Assembly (NCBI RefSeq): GCF_000025505.1
Contig: NC_013849.1
Span: 1,860,001 to 1,892,000 of the forward strand
DNA length: 32,000 nucleotides
From: Ferroglobus placidus DSM 10642
GTDB lineage: Archaea > Halobacteriota > Archaeoglobi > Archaeoglobales > Archaeoglobaceae
Reading direction: 5' to 3'
The stretch's first letter is position 1, and each line of letters begins with the position of its first letter. Shown in pieces: positions 1 to 10,507 of this stretch. A program made the translations under genes and the position numbers. A model generated the notes under the pieces. The model was not told the DNA's origin. It saw only the letters and a list, made by a program, of their open reading frames with translations, and searched no databases.

Positions 1-8
1 AAAATTCG

Positions 9-2246
9 TCACATTATTCCGGAAGTTAGCTTCCTGTAAAGCTCTCTGTTATTCCTCCAGAGATCGAAGCGGTCGAGATGCATGACTTTTGCCCACGCAG
101 AAACAAAATCCCTGACGAACTTCTCTTTCGCGTCATCGCAGGCGTAAACTTCGGCAACAGCTCTTAGCTCGTCGTGGTGCCCTATTATTAAATCGACTCT
201 CGTAGCTCTCCACCTCACTTCCCCGCTTTTTCTATCTACAGCCTCGAAGGTGTACCGATAGCTATCCGCAGCCCGCCACTCGTAACTCATGTCCAGAAGG
301 TTTACGAAGAAGTCGTTCGTAAGTGTCTCAGGCTTGTCTGTGAGAACGCCGTAGTCAGAGTAGTTGTAGTTGGCTCCAAGCACCCTCATCCCGGCGATGA
401 GCACCACCATCTCAGGAACTGTTAGAGTGAGAAGATTGGCTTTATCGACGAGGAAGTATTCAGGAGTCGTGTAAACATCAGCTTCATCAATGCTCTCGGG
501 ATTTCTGAAGTAATTTCTGAAGCCGTCAGCGAAAGGCTCAATAGCTTTGTAAAATTCAGCATCGACATGCTCCTGCAGTGCGTCAACCCTTCCGGCAACG
601 AACGGCACTTCCACGCTGAATCCAGCCTTTCTTGCAGCTTCTTCAATAGCTGCACAACCTCCGAGAACTATAAGGTCAGCTAACGAAACCTTTTTGTCAT
701 TTCCCTTCGCTTCCTGCTCCTCGTTGAACTCTCTCTGTATTTTTTCGTAAACTTTTACAACTTTTTTCAGCTCTTCCGGATGGTTTACCTCCCACTCGTT
801 CATTGGATAAAGCCTTATCCTCGCCCCGTTTACCCCTCCCTTCCTGTCGGAGTTTCTGTATGTTGATGCCGAAGCCCATGCGTAGTAAACGAGCTGCTTT
901 ACGCTTAGCTCCTCGAGCAGCCTTTTCTTCAAGTACCTTACGTCTTCTTCTTCGATAAGCTCGTAGTCCCTCTCGGGGAGGGGATCCTGCCAGATGAAAG
1001 TCTCCTTCGGAACGTATTTTCCGAGATAGCACTCCTTAGGTCCCATGTCCCTGTGAGTGAGTTTAAACCATGCTCTCGCGAAGGCTTTCTCAAACTCCTC
1101 GGGATTTTCGAGGAATCTCTTTGCTATTTCCGCGTACTTCGGATCGAACCTCAAAGCAAGATCGGCTGTGAGCATTCTCGGCCTGTGCTTCTTGTTCGGA
1201 TCGTAAGCGTCGGGAATTATCTCCGGCGCATCCTTTGCAACCCACTGATACTTTCCAGCAGGACTCTTCTCAAGCTCCCACTCGTATTTGAAGAGGATGT
1301 GCAGATACTGTATTCCAAACTTTGTCGGCGTAGGAGACCAAATGAGTTCGAAGCCTGATGTGTAAGTGTCTGGACCCTTTCCGCTTTTGTACTCGTACTT
1401 CCACCCGAGCCCCTGCATTTCTATCGGCGAAGAGCTCGGATCCGGACCAAGATATTCAGCTGGTCCGGCTCCATGACATTTTCCGAAAGCATGTCCGCCG
1501 GCGATTAAAGCAACCGTCTCCTCATCGTTCATTCCCATTCGAGCAAATGCCGTTCTTATCTCCTTGGCAGATTCAGCCGGATCGGGATTTCCACCCGGTC
1601 CCTCCGGGTTGACGTAAATCAACCCCATTTCAGTTGCAGCGTAAGGTCTTTCAAGCTTCTCCTTCTCCCCTCTTTTTGCTGTGAGCATCTCCTCCTCCGG
1701 TCCCCAGTCGGGGCTTTCGTCGGGCTCAAAAACGTCCTCTCTGCCGAGAGCGAAGCCGAGAATTTTAACCCCCATGTCCTCCAAAGCGACAGTTCCGGCT
1801 AAGATTATCAAGTCTGCCCAGGAAAGCTTTCTTCCGTACTTCTTCTTTACAGGCCAAAGAAGCCTTATCGCTTTGTCGAGGTTTACGTTGTCCGGCCAAT
1901 TTATTCTTGGAGGAAATCTTATGCTTCCGTCTCTCGCCCCACCTCTTCCGTCGTAAATTCTGTAGCTACCAGCGCTGTGCCAAGCGAGACGGATAAACAA
2001 TGGTCCGTAATGCCCGAAATCTGCAGGCCACCAGTCCTGAGAGTTCTTCATAATATCTTTCAAATCCTTTATAACGGCGTCAATGTCGAGGGTTTCGACT
2101 TCTCTTGCGTAATCGTAATCCTCCCCGTAGGGATTTTGATTGGGGCAGTTTTGCCGAAGAATTTTCAAATTCAGTCTGTTCGGCCACCAGTCCGTAATCC
2201 ACCTTTTTCTCGACTTTTTCCCAGTTTTACTACCACTTTTTTCCAC
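9..2246 (-). CDS. katG: Catalase-peroxidase
   Basis: 745-aa ORF with GTG start and an upstream GAGGTGG ribosome-binding site. Motifs include the distal [13 protein letters not shown], proximal [15 protein letters not shown], and the C-terminal duplicated peroxidase domain. Confidence 0.97.
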   Translation of the reverse strand: MEKSGSKTGKKSRKRWITDWWPNRLNLKILRQNCPNQNPYGEDYDYAREVETLDIDAVIKDLKDIMKNSQDWWPADFGHYGPLFIRLAWHSAGSYRIYDGRGGARDGSIRFPPRINWPDNVNLDKAIRLLWPVKKKYGRKLSWADLIILAGTVALEDMGVKILGFALGREDVFEPDESPDWGPEEEMLTAKRGEKEKLERPYAATEMGLIYVNPEGPGGNPDPAESAKEIRTAFARMGMNDEETVALIAGGHAFGKCHGAGPAEYLGPDPSSSPIEMQGLGWKYEYKSGKGPDTYTSGFELIWSPTPTKFGIQYLHILFKYEWELEKSPAGKYQWVAKDAPEIIPDAYDPNKKHRPRMLTADLALRFDPKYAEIAKRFLENPEEFEKAFARAWFKLTHRDMGPKECYLGKYVPKETFIWQDPLPERDYELIEEEDVRYLKKRLLEELSVKQLVYYAWASASTYRNSDRKGGVNGARIRLYPMNEWEVNHPEELKKVVKVYEKIQREFNEEQEAKGNDKKVSLADLIVLGGCAAIEEAARKAGFSVEVPFVAGRVDALQEHVDAEFYKAIEPFADGFRNYFRNPESIDEADVYTTPEYFLVDKANLLTLTVPEMVVLIAGMRVLGANYNYSDYGVLTDKPETLTNDFFVNLLDMSYEWRAADSYRYTFEAVDRKSGEVRWRATRVDLIIGHHDELRAVAEVYACDDAKEKFVRDFVSAWAKVMHLDRFDLWRNNRELYRKLTSGIM

Positions 2247-2288
2247 ACTACCACCTCTTATCTCGTTGGATTGATTATTTAAAAAATT

Positions 2289-2300
2289 TTCTAATTAGAA
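2289..2300. promoter_or_regulatory. 12-bp perfect palindrome TTCTAATTAGAA in the divergent katG/fur-family promoter; candidate operator
   Basis: Perfect palindrome read directly in the 102-bp intergenic region, just upstream of an AT-rich TATA-like stretch (about 2268-2285) on the katG side. Confidence 0.45.
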
Positions 2301-2348
2301 GTGACATCTATCGAAAACTATTTCTATTAAAGAACTGAGGAAAAATGG

Positions 2349-2741
2349 ATGAGCAACTGGAAAAATTTCGCGATCGAAAAAATGAGAAAAGCGAACCTAA
2401 AGCTAACTCCTCAAAGGCTGAAGTTAATAGAGGTGATCGAAAAAACGAGATACAAACACCCGTCACTGAACGAAATTTACGATGAAGTGAAAAAGGAGTA
2501 TCCAACCACGAGTTTTTCGACGCTGTATTCCAACCTTTTAATTTTGAAAGGTCTCAACCTGATCGAATTTTTCTCCTTTGAAAGGGAAACGAGGCTTGAA
2601 GTAAACGTTAAACCGCACATTAACGTTGTGCACGCAGACACCGGAGAAATTTCAGATTTCGTCGATGAGGAGTTAATTAAAAATATAGAAAGAAAAATGA
2701 AAAAGAAAGTAAAAATGATAAACGTTCTCGTAGAGGGTTAG
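2349..2741 (+). CDS. Fur/PerR-family transcriptional regulator (winged helix)
   Basis: 130 aa with LKLTPQRLKLIEVIE and HPSLNEIYDEVKKEYPTTSFSTLYSNLLIL, typical of Fur family. Divergent from katG. No CxxC structural zinc motifs. Confidence 0.85.
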   Translation: MSNWKNFAIEKMRKANLKLTPQRLKLIEVIEKTRYKHPSLNEIYDEVKKEYPTTSFSTLYSNLLILKGLNLIEFFSFERETRLEVNVKPHINVVHADTGEISDFVDEELIKNIERKMKKKVKMINVLVEG

Positions 2742-2774
2742 CTTTAATTTGGGAGGTAAGGAAAAGAAGAGTCG

Positions 2775-2960
2775 GTGTTGCATCAGCTTCGGCTTTCAGC
2801 CAATCATCCTCTCCAACGATTCTCTTCCAAACCTTTCCGTCCCTCGTTAAATATCGATCCCCCTAGCTCTCTCCTAACCTCCTCCGCTCTCGGGTCTATC
2901 CTAGCTATACCCGCTCCCCCATTCAGCCAGCACCCTATCTTCATCTATCCCTATATCTAC
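2775..2960 (-). pseudogene. Degenerate protein-coding remnant of unknown family
   Basis: Minus-strand translation gives protein-like fragments in different frames: IGCWLNGGAGIARIDPRAEEVRRELGGSIFN followed by GRKVWKRIVGEDDWLKAEADATPT. No intact ORF. Confidence 0.35.
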
Positions 2961-3023
2961 TCTTCAAGGTAACCAGATGTAGCTTATGATCTCCAAATTC
3001 GAGAGGTATGAATGATTTACCAG

Positions 3024-4106
3024 CTACTCCTTTAGTAAAGCGTATTTTAGAACAGGATCGGTAAGCTGATAGTAGACATTTCTGCCTTCAACGATTTTTT
3101 CTACGAAAGATGCCTTAAGCAAGCTCTTTATCGCTCTGTTTAAGGAACTGTCAGGAATAGTTCTCCCTTCTACCGACTCTAAGTATTTCTTGATCTCACT
3201 CCAAGTCTTCTTACCAATTGCGATAGCTTTAGCTATCTCGAAAATCCTTTTCTCCGCTGGTTTGTGCTTTTCTAAAAATTTGTTAAACTCTTCAAGCGAA
3301 AGTTTGCTAGCTTCACCCAAAACCTCGTCAACCACACCTTCAGAAGGCTCCTTTTCCAAGCATTTTAATCCAAAGTGAACTAACCAGCCAACTATTCCAT
3401 CAAGCCTCTCACAAGCGTACTCAATAAGGTCTTCTTCAACATCCAACCCTACCTGCCCAAAGCCTTTTATGAGAAAATCCTTGCTCTTGAAGTAATCGAA
3501 CCTTTCCAACCTTATTTCTCTGAAATATCTGCCGTAAAGTGGAGCTTTCGGATTTTCAACACCTAGGAAGTCGTAAAGTAAGCCAATTTCTGATCCGCTT
3601 AAGACTATTTTCAATTCAGAGTGGTCGTAAAGATAAGCTAGTACTTCGGCTACCTCCTTACCCACAGGCCCTCTTAAGTATTGAACCTCGTCAAAGACCA
3701 GTACTACCTCATAACCTTCAAGATTTCTTAATAGCTCAACTAGATCTACTCTTTTCTCTCTCCACGAAAGGCTTATACCACTTCCGAGCACTTGAACTCC
3801 AGTTATTCTTTTCAGTTCATTTCTAAGCTTCTGCCACACACTCCTATGTTTTCTGAAAAATTCGTTCATAGCTGACTCTATCCTTCGGTAAAGACCTTCT
3901 ATAGACTGTGGAACTCCTCTCAAATCTACCATTACACTTGGTTTATCGCTCAAACCGACCAGAATGAGGGATGTTTTTCCTAATCTTCTTATTCCCGTAA
4001 CTACAGTTAGAGGAGATCTTTTCACAGACCTTACAAACTCTTCAAGCTCTTCATCCCTATCGTACAAATCTTCCCTTCTCCTCTTGGGTCTTGGATCGAA
4101 GTACAT
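3024..4106 (-). CDS. Archaeal ATPase_2-family AAA/STAND-like P-loop ATPase with C-terminal winged-helix-like region
   Basis: 360 aa: Walker A VVTGIRRLGKTSLI, Walker B VVLVFDEVQYL, sensor IVLSGSEIGLL, C-terminal wHTH-like YLESVEGRTIPDSSLNRAIKSLLKASFVEK. Confidence 0.85.
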   Translation of the reverse strand: MYFDPRPKRRREDLYDRDEELEEFVRSVKRSPLTVVTGIRRLGKTSLILVGLSDKPSVMVDLRGVPQSIEGLYRRIESAMNEFFRKHRSVWQKLRNELKRITGVQVLGSGISLSWREKRVDLVELLRNLEGYEVVLVFDEVQYLRGPVGKEVAEVLAYLYDHSELKIVLSGSEIGLLYDFLGVENPKAPLYGRYFREIRLERFDYFKSKDFLIKGFGQVGLDVEEDLIEYACERLDGIVGWLVHFGLKCLEKEPSEGVVDEVLGEASKLSLEEFNKFLEKHKPAEKRIFEIAKAIAIGKKTWSEIKKYLESVEGRTIPDSSLNRAIKSLLKASFVEKIVEGRNVYYQLTDPVLKYALLKE

Positions 4107-4109
4107 TAA

Positions 4110-4143
4110 CTATCGCCCCGATAGTTGACTATCGGGGTGATAG
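4110..4143. promoter_or_regulatory. Near-perfect inverted repeat (16-bp arms, 2-bp spacer, 1 mismatch) next to a TATA-like box; candidate operator of the ATPase gene
   Basis: CTATCGCCCCGATAGT-TG-ACTATCGGGGTGATAG, flanked by tatataaaa (4144-4152). It lies 3 bp from the minus-strand ATG at 4106. Confidence 0.7.
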
Positions 4144-4612
4144 TATATAAAATTTAGCTTTTATTATCTTGTCAAAATAATCACGGCGGTTCAAGGACTC
4201 GTCATCTACGACCATCACCTTTCTTAGGCAAGAAACCAGTAGTCGAGCGGAAGGTCTGATTATGACGGAGATGCACGATGGAAGTTCCTAAATTTACTTC
4301 TAAGGGCTGGTGCGCTAAAGGGAGAAAAGCTATCGGTAGAGTGTGGTTCGAAAGAATCAGATACGAAAACGTGTTTTTTATCTTAGGATGCTTCTCTGAT
4401 ACTGCCTGAAGTTTTTTAACTCGAAGTAAGAGTGTAAAAGTTCTTAACAGCGTCTTCAAGATTGAGCAGGGCGCTCTTTTCCCGATTGTCAGCTATAGAT
4501 ATATAATTAGCTCTATATTATACTCGATAAATTATTTTTAAATCGTAATAGTTAAGAACTGTTTATTCTGAAGGAAGTAAAAAGAGAGATATGGCAAAGC
4601 TAAGTTTCTTAA

Positions 4613-4684
4613 GCCACGGCCGGGATTTGAACCCGGGACCTTTGCCTTACCAAGGCAACGCTCTGCCAGCTGAGCTACCGTGGC
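4613..4684 (-). tRNA. tRNA-Thr (anticodon GGU)
   Basis: Reverse complement GCCACGG-TA-GCTC-AGCTGGCA-GAGC-G-TTGCC-TTGGTAA-GGCAA-AGGTC-CCGGG-TTCAAAT-CCCGG-CCGTGGC folds as a 72-nt cloverleaf with anticodon GGT. Confidence 0.96.
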
Positions 4685-4749
4685 TTAAATTAGCTTAGCG
4701 AACAATTTGCTTATGAAGTTTGCGGTTAATAGAATTGCTATGCATATCG

Positions 4750-5418
4750 CTATTTCAAGAACTCCAGCATTTCCTCTTCGCTAACGTCGTGCCACTCCAG
4801 ATAAGCGTCCGCAACGGCGTAGGGGTAAACGTCCCTTAAGTTTACGCAAAATATTCCGTCGCAGCTCTTGGAAATTAAATTAATCGCATGCGAGGAAGCT
4901 GTGGGAACGGCGACGTAAACCTTGTCGTAAAACCTCCTCGCGCTCTTTATTGCTACGAGCATGGTATAGCCGGAAGCCAGTCCGTCGTCGACGAGAAAAG
5001 CGATTTCGTTTCCTTCTTTAAGCAAATACTTCTCCGGGATAATTTTCAACCTCCTCTCTATTTTCTCCCTCGTCTTTTTTATTTGCTCTTCAACGACGTC
5101 GTCGCTGATTTTGTAGTGGCGAATAGCTCTTTTGTTCAATTCCACGTCTCCGAACATGCTCAACGCTCCAAAGCCTGCTTCGGTTGTCCAAGGAAACAGT
5201 ATCTTCGAAACGAGCAAAACCTTCAATCTCAATTTCATTTTTTTAGCCATCGCCCAAGCTACCGGGACTCCTCCAGCCGGAATTGCGACGACATCGGTCT
5301 TATCTCTGTCAACGTCAAAATGCCTAACGATTAAATCCGCAAGCTTTTCTCCGGCATCTATTCTATCTTTGAAAACCCCAAACTTATTGTAGTATCTTTC
5401 ATCATGAACGACAAACAT
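4750..5418 (-). CDS. Phosphoribosyltransferase-domain protein
   Basis: 222 aa. PRPP loop-like IAFLVDDGLASGYTMLVAIKSAR and N-terminal KLADLIVRHFDVDRDKTDVVAIPAGGVPVAWAMAKK. Confidence 0.85.
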   Translation of the reverse strand: MFVVHDERYYNKFGVFKDRIDAGEKLADLIVRHFDVDRDKTDVVAIPAGGVPVAWAMAKKMKLRLKVLLVSKILFPWTTEAGFGALSMFGDVELNKRAIRHYKISDDVVEEQIKKTREKIERRLKIIPEKYLLKEGNEIAFLVDDGLASGYTMLVAIKSARRFYDKVYVAVPTASSHAINLISKSCDGIFCVNLRDVYPYAVADAYLEWHDVSEEEMLEFLK

Positions 5419-5475
5419 ACAGACAGAGTAAGGCGAAGGTGTAAATTTTTACTGTCGGTAGGCATAAGAGCGCAC

Positions 5476-5808
5476 ATGGAAGAAGTTAAGAAAAAGATTC
5501 TTGAAGCATTCAGAATTGCAAGAGAGTCGAACGAAAAGCCGTGGGAGCTGCAGGACAAACTAAAGAAAGTTTTTCCTTCCGTAGTAGCTGTGGGAGACGA
5601 CCTTTCTTTTACCGTTAAGCTCGAAAAAGATGTTACCGTCGACGAAGAAAAGGTTCTTTCTCTTGGAGCCAAAAAGGTGAAAATCTACCCGTTCAAAAAC
5701 GCTTACAGATTTGAAAAGGGATTTGTAGCGGTGGAAGGAAAGTTTTTGAGAATTAGCAGAGACGTTGACGAGAAAATTCTGAGGGAGTTTTTGGATGCAT
5801 TAAGTTAA
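5476..5808 (+). CDS. Conserved hypothetical protein
   Basis: 110-aa ORF from the internal ATG at 5476 (MEEVKKKILEAF...). The longer ORF from 5404 would overlap the divergent gene. Confidence 0.65.
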   Translation: MEEVKKKILEAFRIARESNEKPWELQDKLKKVFPSVVAVGDDLSFTVKLEKDVTVDEEKVLSLGAKKVKIYPFKNAYRFEKGFVAVEGKFLRISRDVDEKILREFLDALS

Positions 5809-5832
5809 TAAATTCTCCTCGTAGTTTTATGA

Positions 5833-7899
5833 ATGATGAACGTTGATGCTCTTTCGGATCATCTCTCTAAATACGTCGTCGATATTCTCAAAAAAAGGGG
5901 AATCGAAAGACTTTATCCGCCTCAGGAGGAGGCTGTGAGGAAAGGCTTGTTTTCGAATAAAAATTTGGTGGTTGCGATACCTACCGCAAGCGGGAAGACG
6001 CTAATAGCTGAGTTGGCGATGATCTACGAAGTTATTCGCGGAGGGAAGTGTTTGTACACGGTTCCTCTAAGAGCTTTGGCTGGAGAGAAGTTCGAAGAAT
6101 TCTCCAAATGGGAGGAGATTGGAGTAAAAATTGGCATATCAACGGGAGATTACGAAAGCAGAGACGAGTGGCTCGGAGAGTGCGACATAGTCGTTACGAC
6201 ATCTGAGAAAGCCGACTCTCTATTAAGAAACGAGGCGAGCTGGTTGAGAAATCTGAGCTTACTCGTTGTCGACGAAATACACCTAATAGACTCCGCAAAA
6301 AGAGGAGCAACTCTCGAGGTTTTAATAGCCAAGCTGAAAAAGCTAAATCCAAATTTGAGGATAATAGCCCTTTCAGCAACGATTCCAAACGCTGACGAGA
6401 TTGCCGAGTGGTTGAATGCCGAGTTGATTAAGAGCGAGTGGAGACCCACACCTCTCTACGAATACGTTTTCTACCCGGGAAGACTTTTAAAGTTCGAAAA
6501 CGGTTTTTTGAGGGAAGTTAAAGCTGAAAGTTCCATTGAGAGGCTTATAGTGAGAACTCTCGAAGAAGGAGGGCAGGTTTTGGTTTTCGAATCCACGAGG
6601 AGGAACGCTGAAAGCTACGCAGTTAAAATTTCCGGCTATACGAAAGAATTCGTCGAGGATAACAGCGACGTGGCTGAAAAAGTCCTCGAAGAAAACGAGG
6701 GAGAGATGAGCAGAAAGCTTTCTGAGTGCGTCAAATTGGGAAGCGCTTTCCACCACGCTGGATTGTTGAACTCTCAGAGAGTTGCAATAGAGAAAGCTTT
6801 CAGAGAAGGGAGAATAAAAGTTCTCGTAGCAACTCCAACCTTGGCAGCCGGAGTTAACCTTCCGGCAAGGAGGGTTATTTTGAAAAGCTACAGGCGCTAC
6901 GATTCTGGAGCATACGCTCCAATAATGGTGAGCGAATACAAGCAGATGGCTGGAAGAGCCGGAAGACCGGGTTTGGATGAGTACGGGGAAGCTATAATAG
7001 TGACGAAAACGAGAGACGAAGCTTTAAAAGTTGCCGAAAGGTATTTGGCTGGAGAGCCGGAAAAGGTTATCTCGAAACTCGGAAGCGAAACACATTTGAG
7101 GTTTCACACTCTATCGTTAATATCCGAAGGAATAGCAAGCAGCTTCGAAGATTTGCTCGATTTTTACTCAACAACGTTTTTCGCATACCAAAACGAGTTC
7201 ACCTTGGAGTGGGAGATAAGAAGAATAGTCCTCCAGCTTGAGAAGTGGGGGATGATCGTCGAATACGCTCCCACCTCCTTCGGCAAGCTCGTTTCAAAGC
7301 TTTACATAGACCCCCTTTCGGGATTTATATTTAAAGAAGAGCTATCGAAATTTGATGAGCTTTCCGACTTGGCTATGCTCCACCTAATTTGCAGAACTCC
7401 AGACATGGAACTCCTCAGTATCAGAAAAGCGGACGGCTGGATTGAGAACGAGCTTGAAAATTTAAGAGAAGAACTAACATATTATCCTTCGATTTACTCG
7501 GCAGAATACGACTTCTTTCTGAGGGAGTTTAAAACCGCCTTATGCCTATACGACTGGATAAACGAGAGAGACGAGGATATAATTTGCGAAAAGTACGGAA
7601 TAGCTCCGGGAGACTTGAGGAGGATTGTTGAAACTGCCGAATGGCTGATGCACTCTTTGAGGAGGATAGCTGAACATCTCTCTCACAACTTGGCATCTAA
7701 GGCTTTAAAGCTCGAGATGAGGTTGAAGTACGGAGTTAAAGAAGAGCTTCTCGATCTCGTTAAGCTGAAAAACGTTGGTAGGAAAAGAGCGAGAAAGCTC
7801 TACAACGCTGGAATTAGAAATCTCGAAGATTTGATTCAGAATAGAAAGATAGCAGAAAAACTCATAGGTAGCAGAATTGTCGAAAAGATTTTGAGCTAA
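5833..7899 (+). CDS. hel308: Hel308/Ski2-like superfamily 2 DNA helicase
   Basis: 688 aa: Q-motif-like YPPQEEAV, motif [14 protein letters not shown] box [50 protein letters not shown], and C-terminal Hh[14 protein letters not shown]. Confidence 0.93.
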   Translation: MMNVDALSDHLSKYVVDILKKRGIERLYPPQEEAVRKGLFSNKNLVVAIPTASGKTLIAELAMIYEVIRGGKCLYTVPLRALAGEKFEEFSKWEEIGVKIGISTGDYESRDEWLGECDIVVTTSEKADSLLRNEASWLRNLSLLVVDEIHLIDSAKRGATLEVLIAKLKKLNPNLRIIALSATIPNADEIAEWLNAELIKSEWRPTPLYEYVFYPGRLLKFENGFLREVKAESSIERLIVRTLEEGGQVLVFESTRRNAESYAVKISGYTKEFVEDNSDVAEKVLEENEGEMSRKLSECVKLGSAFHHAGLLNSQRVAIEKAFREGRIKVLVATPTLAAGVNLPARRVILKSYRRYDSGAYAPIMVSEYKQMAGRAGRPGLDEYGEAIIVTKTRDEALKVAERYLAGEPEKVISKLGSETHLRFHTLSLISEGIASSFEDLLDFYSTTFFAYQNEFTLEWEIRRIVLQLEKWGMIVEYAPTSFGKLVSKLYIDPLSGFIFKEELSKFDELSDLAMLHLICRTPDMELLSIRKADGWIENELENLREELTYYPSIYSAEYDFFLREFKTALCLYDWINERDEDIICEKYGIAPGDLRRIVETAEWLMHSLRRIAEHLSHNLASKALKLEMRLKYGVKEELLDLVKLKNVGRKRARKLYNAGIRNLEDLIQNRKIAEKLIGSRIVEKILS

Positions 7900-7910
7900 A
7901 CTCAAAAAAC

Positions 7911-8618
7911 TTGGATATGAACGTAATTCTCGTAGGTCCGGCTGGAAGCGGGAAATCTACGTTTGCCAAGGAGTTCTCCACTTATTTGAGGGAAGGCGGA
8001 TATGATGTTAAGGTTGTCAATCTCGACCCAGCCACAGATCCGATCTACGAAGCTGACAGAAATTTGAGGGATTTTATTAAAACTGAGGAAGTTATGAAAA
8101 AATTCAAACTCGGAATAAACGGAGCGTTGATTAAATCGATGGAGATGTCGTTGGAAATTCTGGATGAAGTTATAGTCGAAGGAGAATACGTGATATACGA
8201 CACCCCCGGACAGATGGAGCTTTTTCTTTATACGGATTTCGGAGAAAAGCTTGTGGAAAAATTGAATGGCTTTACGACCGGGTTATTTTTGATAGATTCT
8301 TGCCTTGCAACGAGTCACGAGAAGTTTGCCGCATGCGTAGCTCAGGCTGTTGTTGTCACGCTGAGGTTTTCAATTCCATTCGTTACCATCTTCACGAAGT
8401 CGGACTTATGCGAAGCTTTAAGTTTGAAGGACGTTAAGAAAAGAATTTCCGAAAGCGAAGGAATGGTTGCCGAAGTTCTCGAGAACTTTTTGAGGTTCGT
8501 GGACGTGACGACTCTCCCTCAGAGAATAGTCAGAATTTCGAGCAAGGATAGAAGGGGATTTGACGAGGTTTTCGGAGTTATACACGAGATATTCTGCTCA
8601 TGCGGAGATATCAGCTAA
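7911..8618 (+). CDS. GPN-loop GTPase (XAB1/Npa3-like archaeal homologue) with a variant loop
   Basis: 235 aa: GPAGSGKSTFAKEF, NLDPATDPIYEADRNLRDFI, YDTPGQMELFLY, TKSDL. The GPN position reads G-I-N in KLGINGALIKSMEM. Confidence 0.9.
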   Translation: MDMNVILVGPAGSGKSTFAKEFSTYLREGGYDVKVVNLDPATDPIYEADRNLRDFIKTEEVMKKFKLGINGALIKSMEMSLEILDEVIVEGEYVIYDTPGQMELFLYTDFGEKLVEKLNGFTTGLFLIDSCLATSHEKFAACVAQAVVVTLRFSIPFVTIFTKSDLCEALSLKDVKKRISESEGMVAEVLENFLRFVDVTTLPQRIVRISSKDRRGFDEVFGVIHEIFCSCGDIS

Positions 8619-10019
8619 AACCTTCTCGTACTCTCTCTTAAGCCTTTCCTTCTTGTAACCAATACTTAAATCGTCCCAGGGCAATTCTTCGTCAACTTCG
8701 AAAGCTTCCAAGAATTTATCAAGCTTGAGCTTGAAAATCAAGTTGAAATTCGGCTTGAGCTCTATGAGCCTCGAAACTCTCTCGTCTCCCCTCGATAGCA
8801 CGGTTTGAATCGCAAACTTCCTAACGCTCTCCACGCTAACCTCCGCAAACTTCCTCATTTTCTCGAGAAACTTCGCTTTCTCCTCAAGAGATTTTATATT
8901 CTCCTTAACGTCCTTTCCTATTTCCCCTCCGTAGGGAAGCCATTGAAAAGGAGTGTGGGGCTTCGGAACGAGAGGATTAACTGAAACTGCCACTTTCAAA
9001 TTCATGCTTCTTATTCTTTCCACGAGAGAAACGATCTCTTCGAGATCTTCAAGCTTTTCTCCCGGCAAACCTATCATGAAGTAAAGCTTCACCTTCTCTA
9101 TCCCAGCCTCTTTCGCCAATTTTGCAGCGACTATTATTTCTTCGTTGCTAATATCTTTCTTTATCACCTCCCTAAGCCTCTCGCTCGTCTCCGGAGCGAA
9201 CGTTAAGCTTTTCAACCCGCTTTTCACGAGGATTTTTAGAACCTCTTCGCTTATCTTATCGGCTCTGAGAGAAGAAGGAGAAATTTGGTAGCCAAGCGAA
9301 TAAAGCTCCGAGATTATCTCTTCGAACTTCGGATGGTCTGAAGGAGAAGGAGAGATCAAAGCAATCTTATCAACGATCTTTCTGTTTTCTCTCGCTATCT
9401 CGACTATCTCCTCAACCTTTCTCCACCTCGCCGGAGCGTAGAGCTGCCTTACTATGCAGAATCTGCAGGATCTCGGACAACCTCTCCCTACTTCTATGTG
9501 CAAAGCCCTGCCGTAGGCTCCTTCCCCAATTACCTGCATTTTCTGATGCTCTGGAAGCTCTCTCCAGAGAAACCTTCTCTTGTTTTTCGGATAAAGCTCA
9601 AGCTTTCCCTCGACGATATCCAAAACGAGGTTGTCAGCCTCTCCTATAAAAAGACCGTCGAAGAACTTCGCTATGGGCTTCGGATTTTCCGTAACGCAAG
9701 GACCACCGGCTATTTTCACCCCGGAAAAGTTACTCTTCTTTATTATTTGTACGGCGTTGAAGTAGTCCTCTTCATACTGCAACGTAAACAAAGCCACATC
9801 GAAGCTTTTCAGCTCGCTTCCGCTTTCTACACTTCTTAATCCTTCGAAAACGTCTGTAAAAAATCTCTCAGCGATGAAATCTTCTGAGGAATTTATTTCG
9901 TAATAAAGCCTTTGAACTGCCAAGCTCGATACGCCGCCGACGTATCTGTTCGGGTAAACTATGGCGACTCTCTTTAATCCCTTCTTCCAGCTTTTTAAAA
10001 ATGGGTTGAATTCCGTCAT
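8598..10019 (-). CDS. Radical SAM protein with B12-binding-like N-terminal region
   Basis: 473 aa with cluster motif [13 protein letters not shown] (CxxxCxxC), [11 protein letters not shown] and [15 protein letters not shown]. Confidence 0.9.
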   Translation of the reverse strand: MTEFNPFLKSWKKGLKRVAIVYPNRYVGGVSSLAVQRLYYEINSSEDFIAERFFTDVFEGLRSVESGSELKSFDVALFTLQYEEDYFNAVQIIKKSNFSGVKIAGGPCVTENPKPIAKFFDGLFIGEADNLVLDIVEGKLELYPKNKRRFLWRELPEHQKMQVIGEGAYGRALHIEVGRGCPRSCRFCIVRQLYAPARWRKVEEIVEIARENRKIVDKIALISPSPSDHPKFEEIISELYSLGYQISPSSLRADKISEEVLKILVKSGLKSLTFAPETSERLREVIKKDISNEEIIVAAKLAKEAGIEKVKLYFMIGLPGEKLEDLEEIVSLVERIRSMNLKVAVSVNPLVPKPHTPFQWLPYGGEIGKDVKENIKSLEEKAKFLEKMRKFAEVSVESVRKFAIQTVLSRGDERVSRLIELKPNFNLIFKLKLDKFLEAFEVDEELPWDDLSIGYKKERLKREYEKVLADISA

Positions 10020-10507
10020 TCGAGGGCTTTGCTTCCCCTCTGCATCGCTATTTTTCCGGTTCTTGCAACCTCTTTTATTCCGTACTGCCTCATCAGGTCT
10101 ATGAAAGCATTTATCTTGTCCTCATCTCCCGTGATTTCAATTATAAAGCTGTCTCTCGCAACGTCCACTATTCTCCCCCTGAAGATGTTCGCTATCTCGA
10201 TTATCTCCCCTCTCGTTTGAGGAGTGGCGTTGACCTTAACTAAAGCGAGCTCTCTCTCAACGGAATTTTTCGTGACGTCGCTCACCTTCAGAACCTCTAT
10301 CAGCTTGTTCAGCTGCTTGGTAACTTGCTCTATTGTCTTATCATCCCCGTCGACAACTATCGTCATTCTCGAAATTTGAGGCTTCTCGGTTATTCCCACA
10401 GCTAAGCTTTCTATGTTGAATCCCCTCCTCCTGAAGAGTCCCGCAACCTTAGCCAGAACTCCCGGCTTGTTTTCAACTAAAGCAGCCAGGGTGTGCCTCA
10501 TGATCAC
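10016..10507 (-). CDS. ilvN: Acetolactate synthase small subunit
   Basis: 163 aa with N-terminal ACT domain [34 protein letters not shown]. Overlaps ilvB by 4 bp. Confidence 0.95.
   Translation of the reverse strand: MIMRHTLAALVENKPGVLAKVAGLFRRRGFNIESLAVGITEKPQISRMTIVVDGDDKTIEQVTKQLNKLIEVLKVSDVTKNSVERELALVKVNATPQTRGEIIEIANIFRGRIVDVARDSFIIEITGDEDKINAFIDLMRQYGIKEVARTGKIAMQRGSKALE

Noticed and set aside
422-2282. ORFs of 77-111 aa antisense or alternative-frame to katG (e.g. 697..1032, 1053..1358, 1681..1956)
   Set aside because: They are shadows of the strongly supported katG frame with no recognisable motifs.
4190-4220. Possible tRNA 3'-end duplication (cacggcggttcaagg) as an attachment site for the element near tRNA-Thr
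   Set aside because: Only a loose resemblance; it does not match the tRNA-Thr 3' sequence over a meaningful length.
4202-4459. 85-aa minus-strand ORF upstream of the ATPase
   Set aside because: No family signal and biased low-information composition; more likely non-coding or decayed DNA.
8598-8618. 21-bp tail-to-tail overlap of the GPN GTPase and radical SAM genes
   Set aside because: Short convergent overlaps are ordinary in compact archaeal genomes; no extra structure was seen there.
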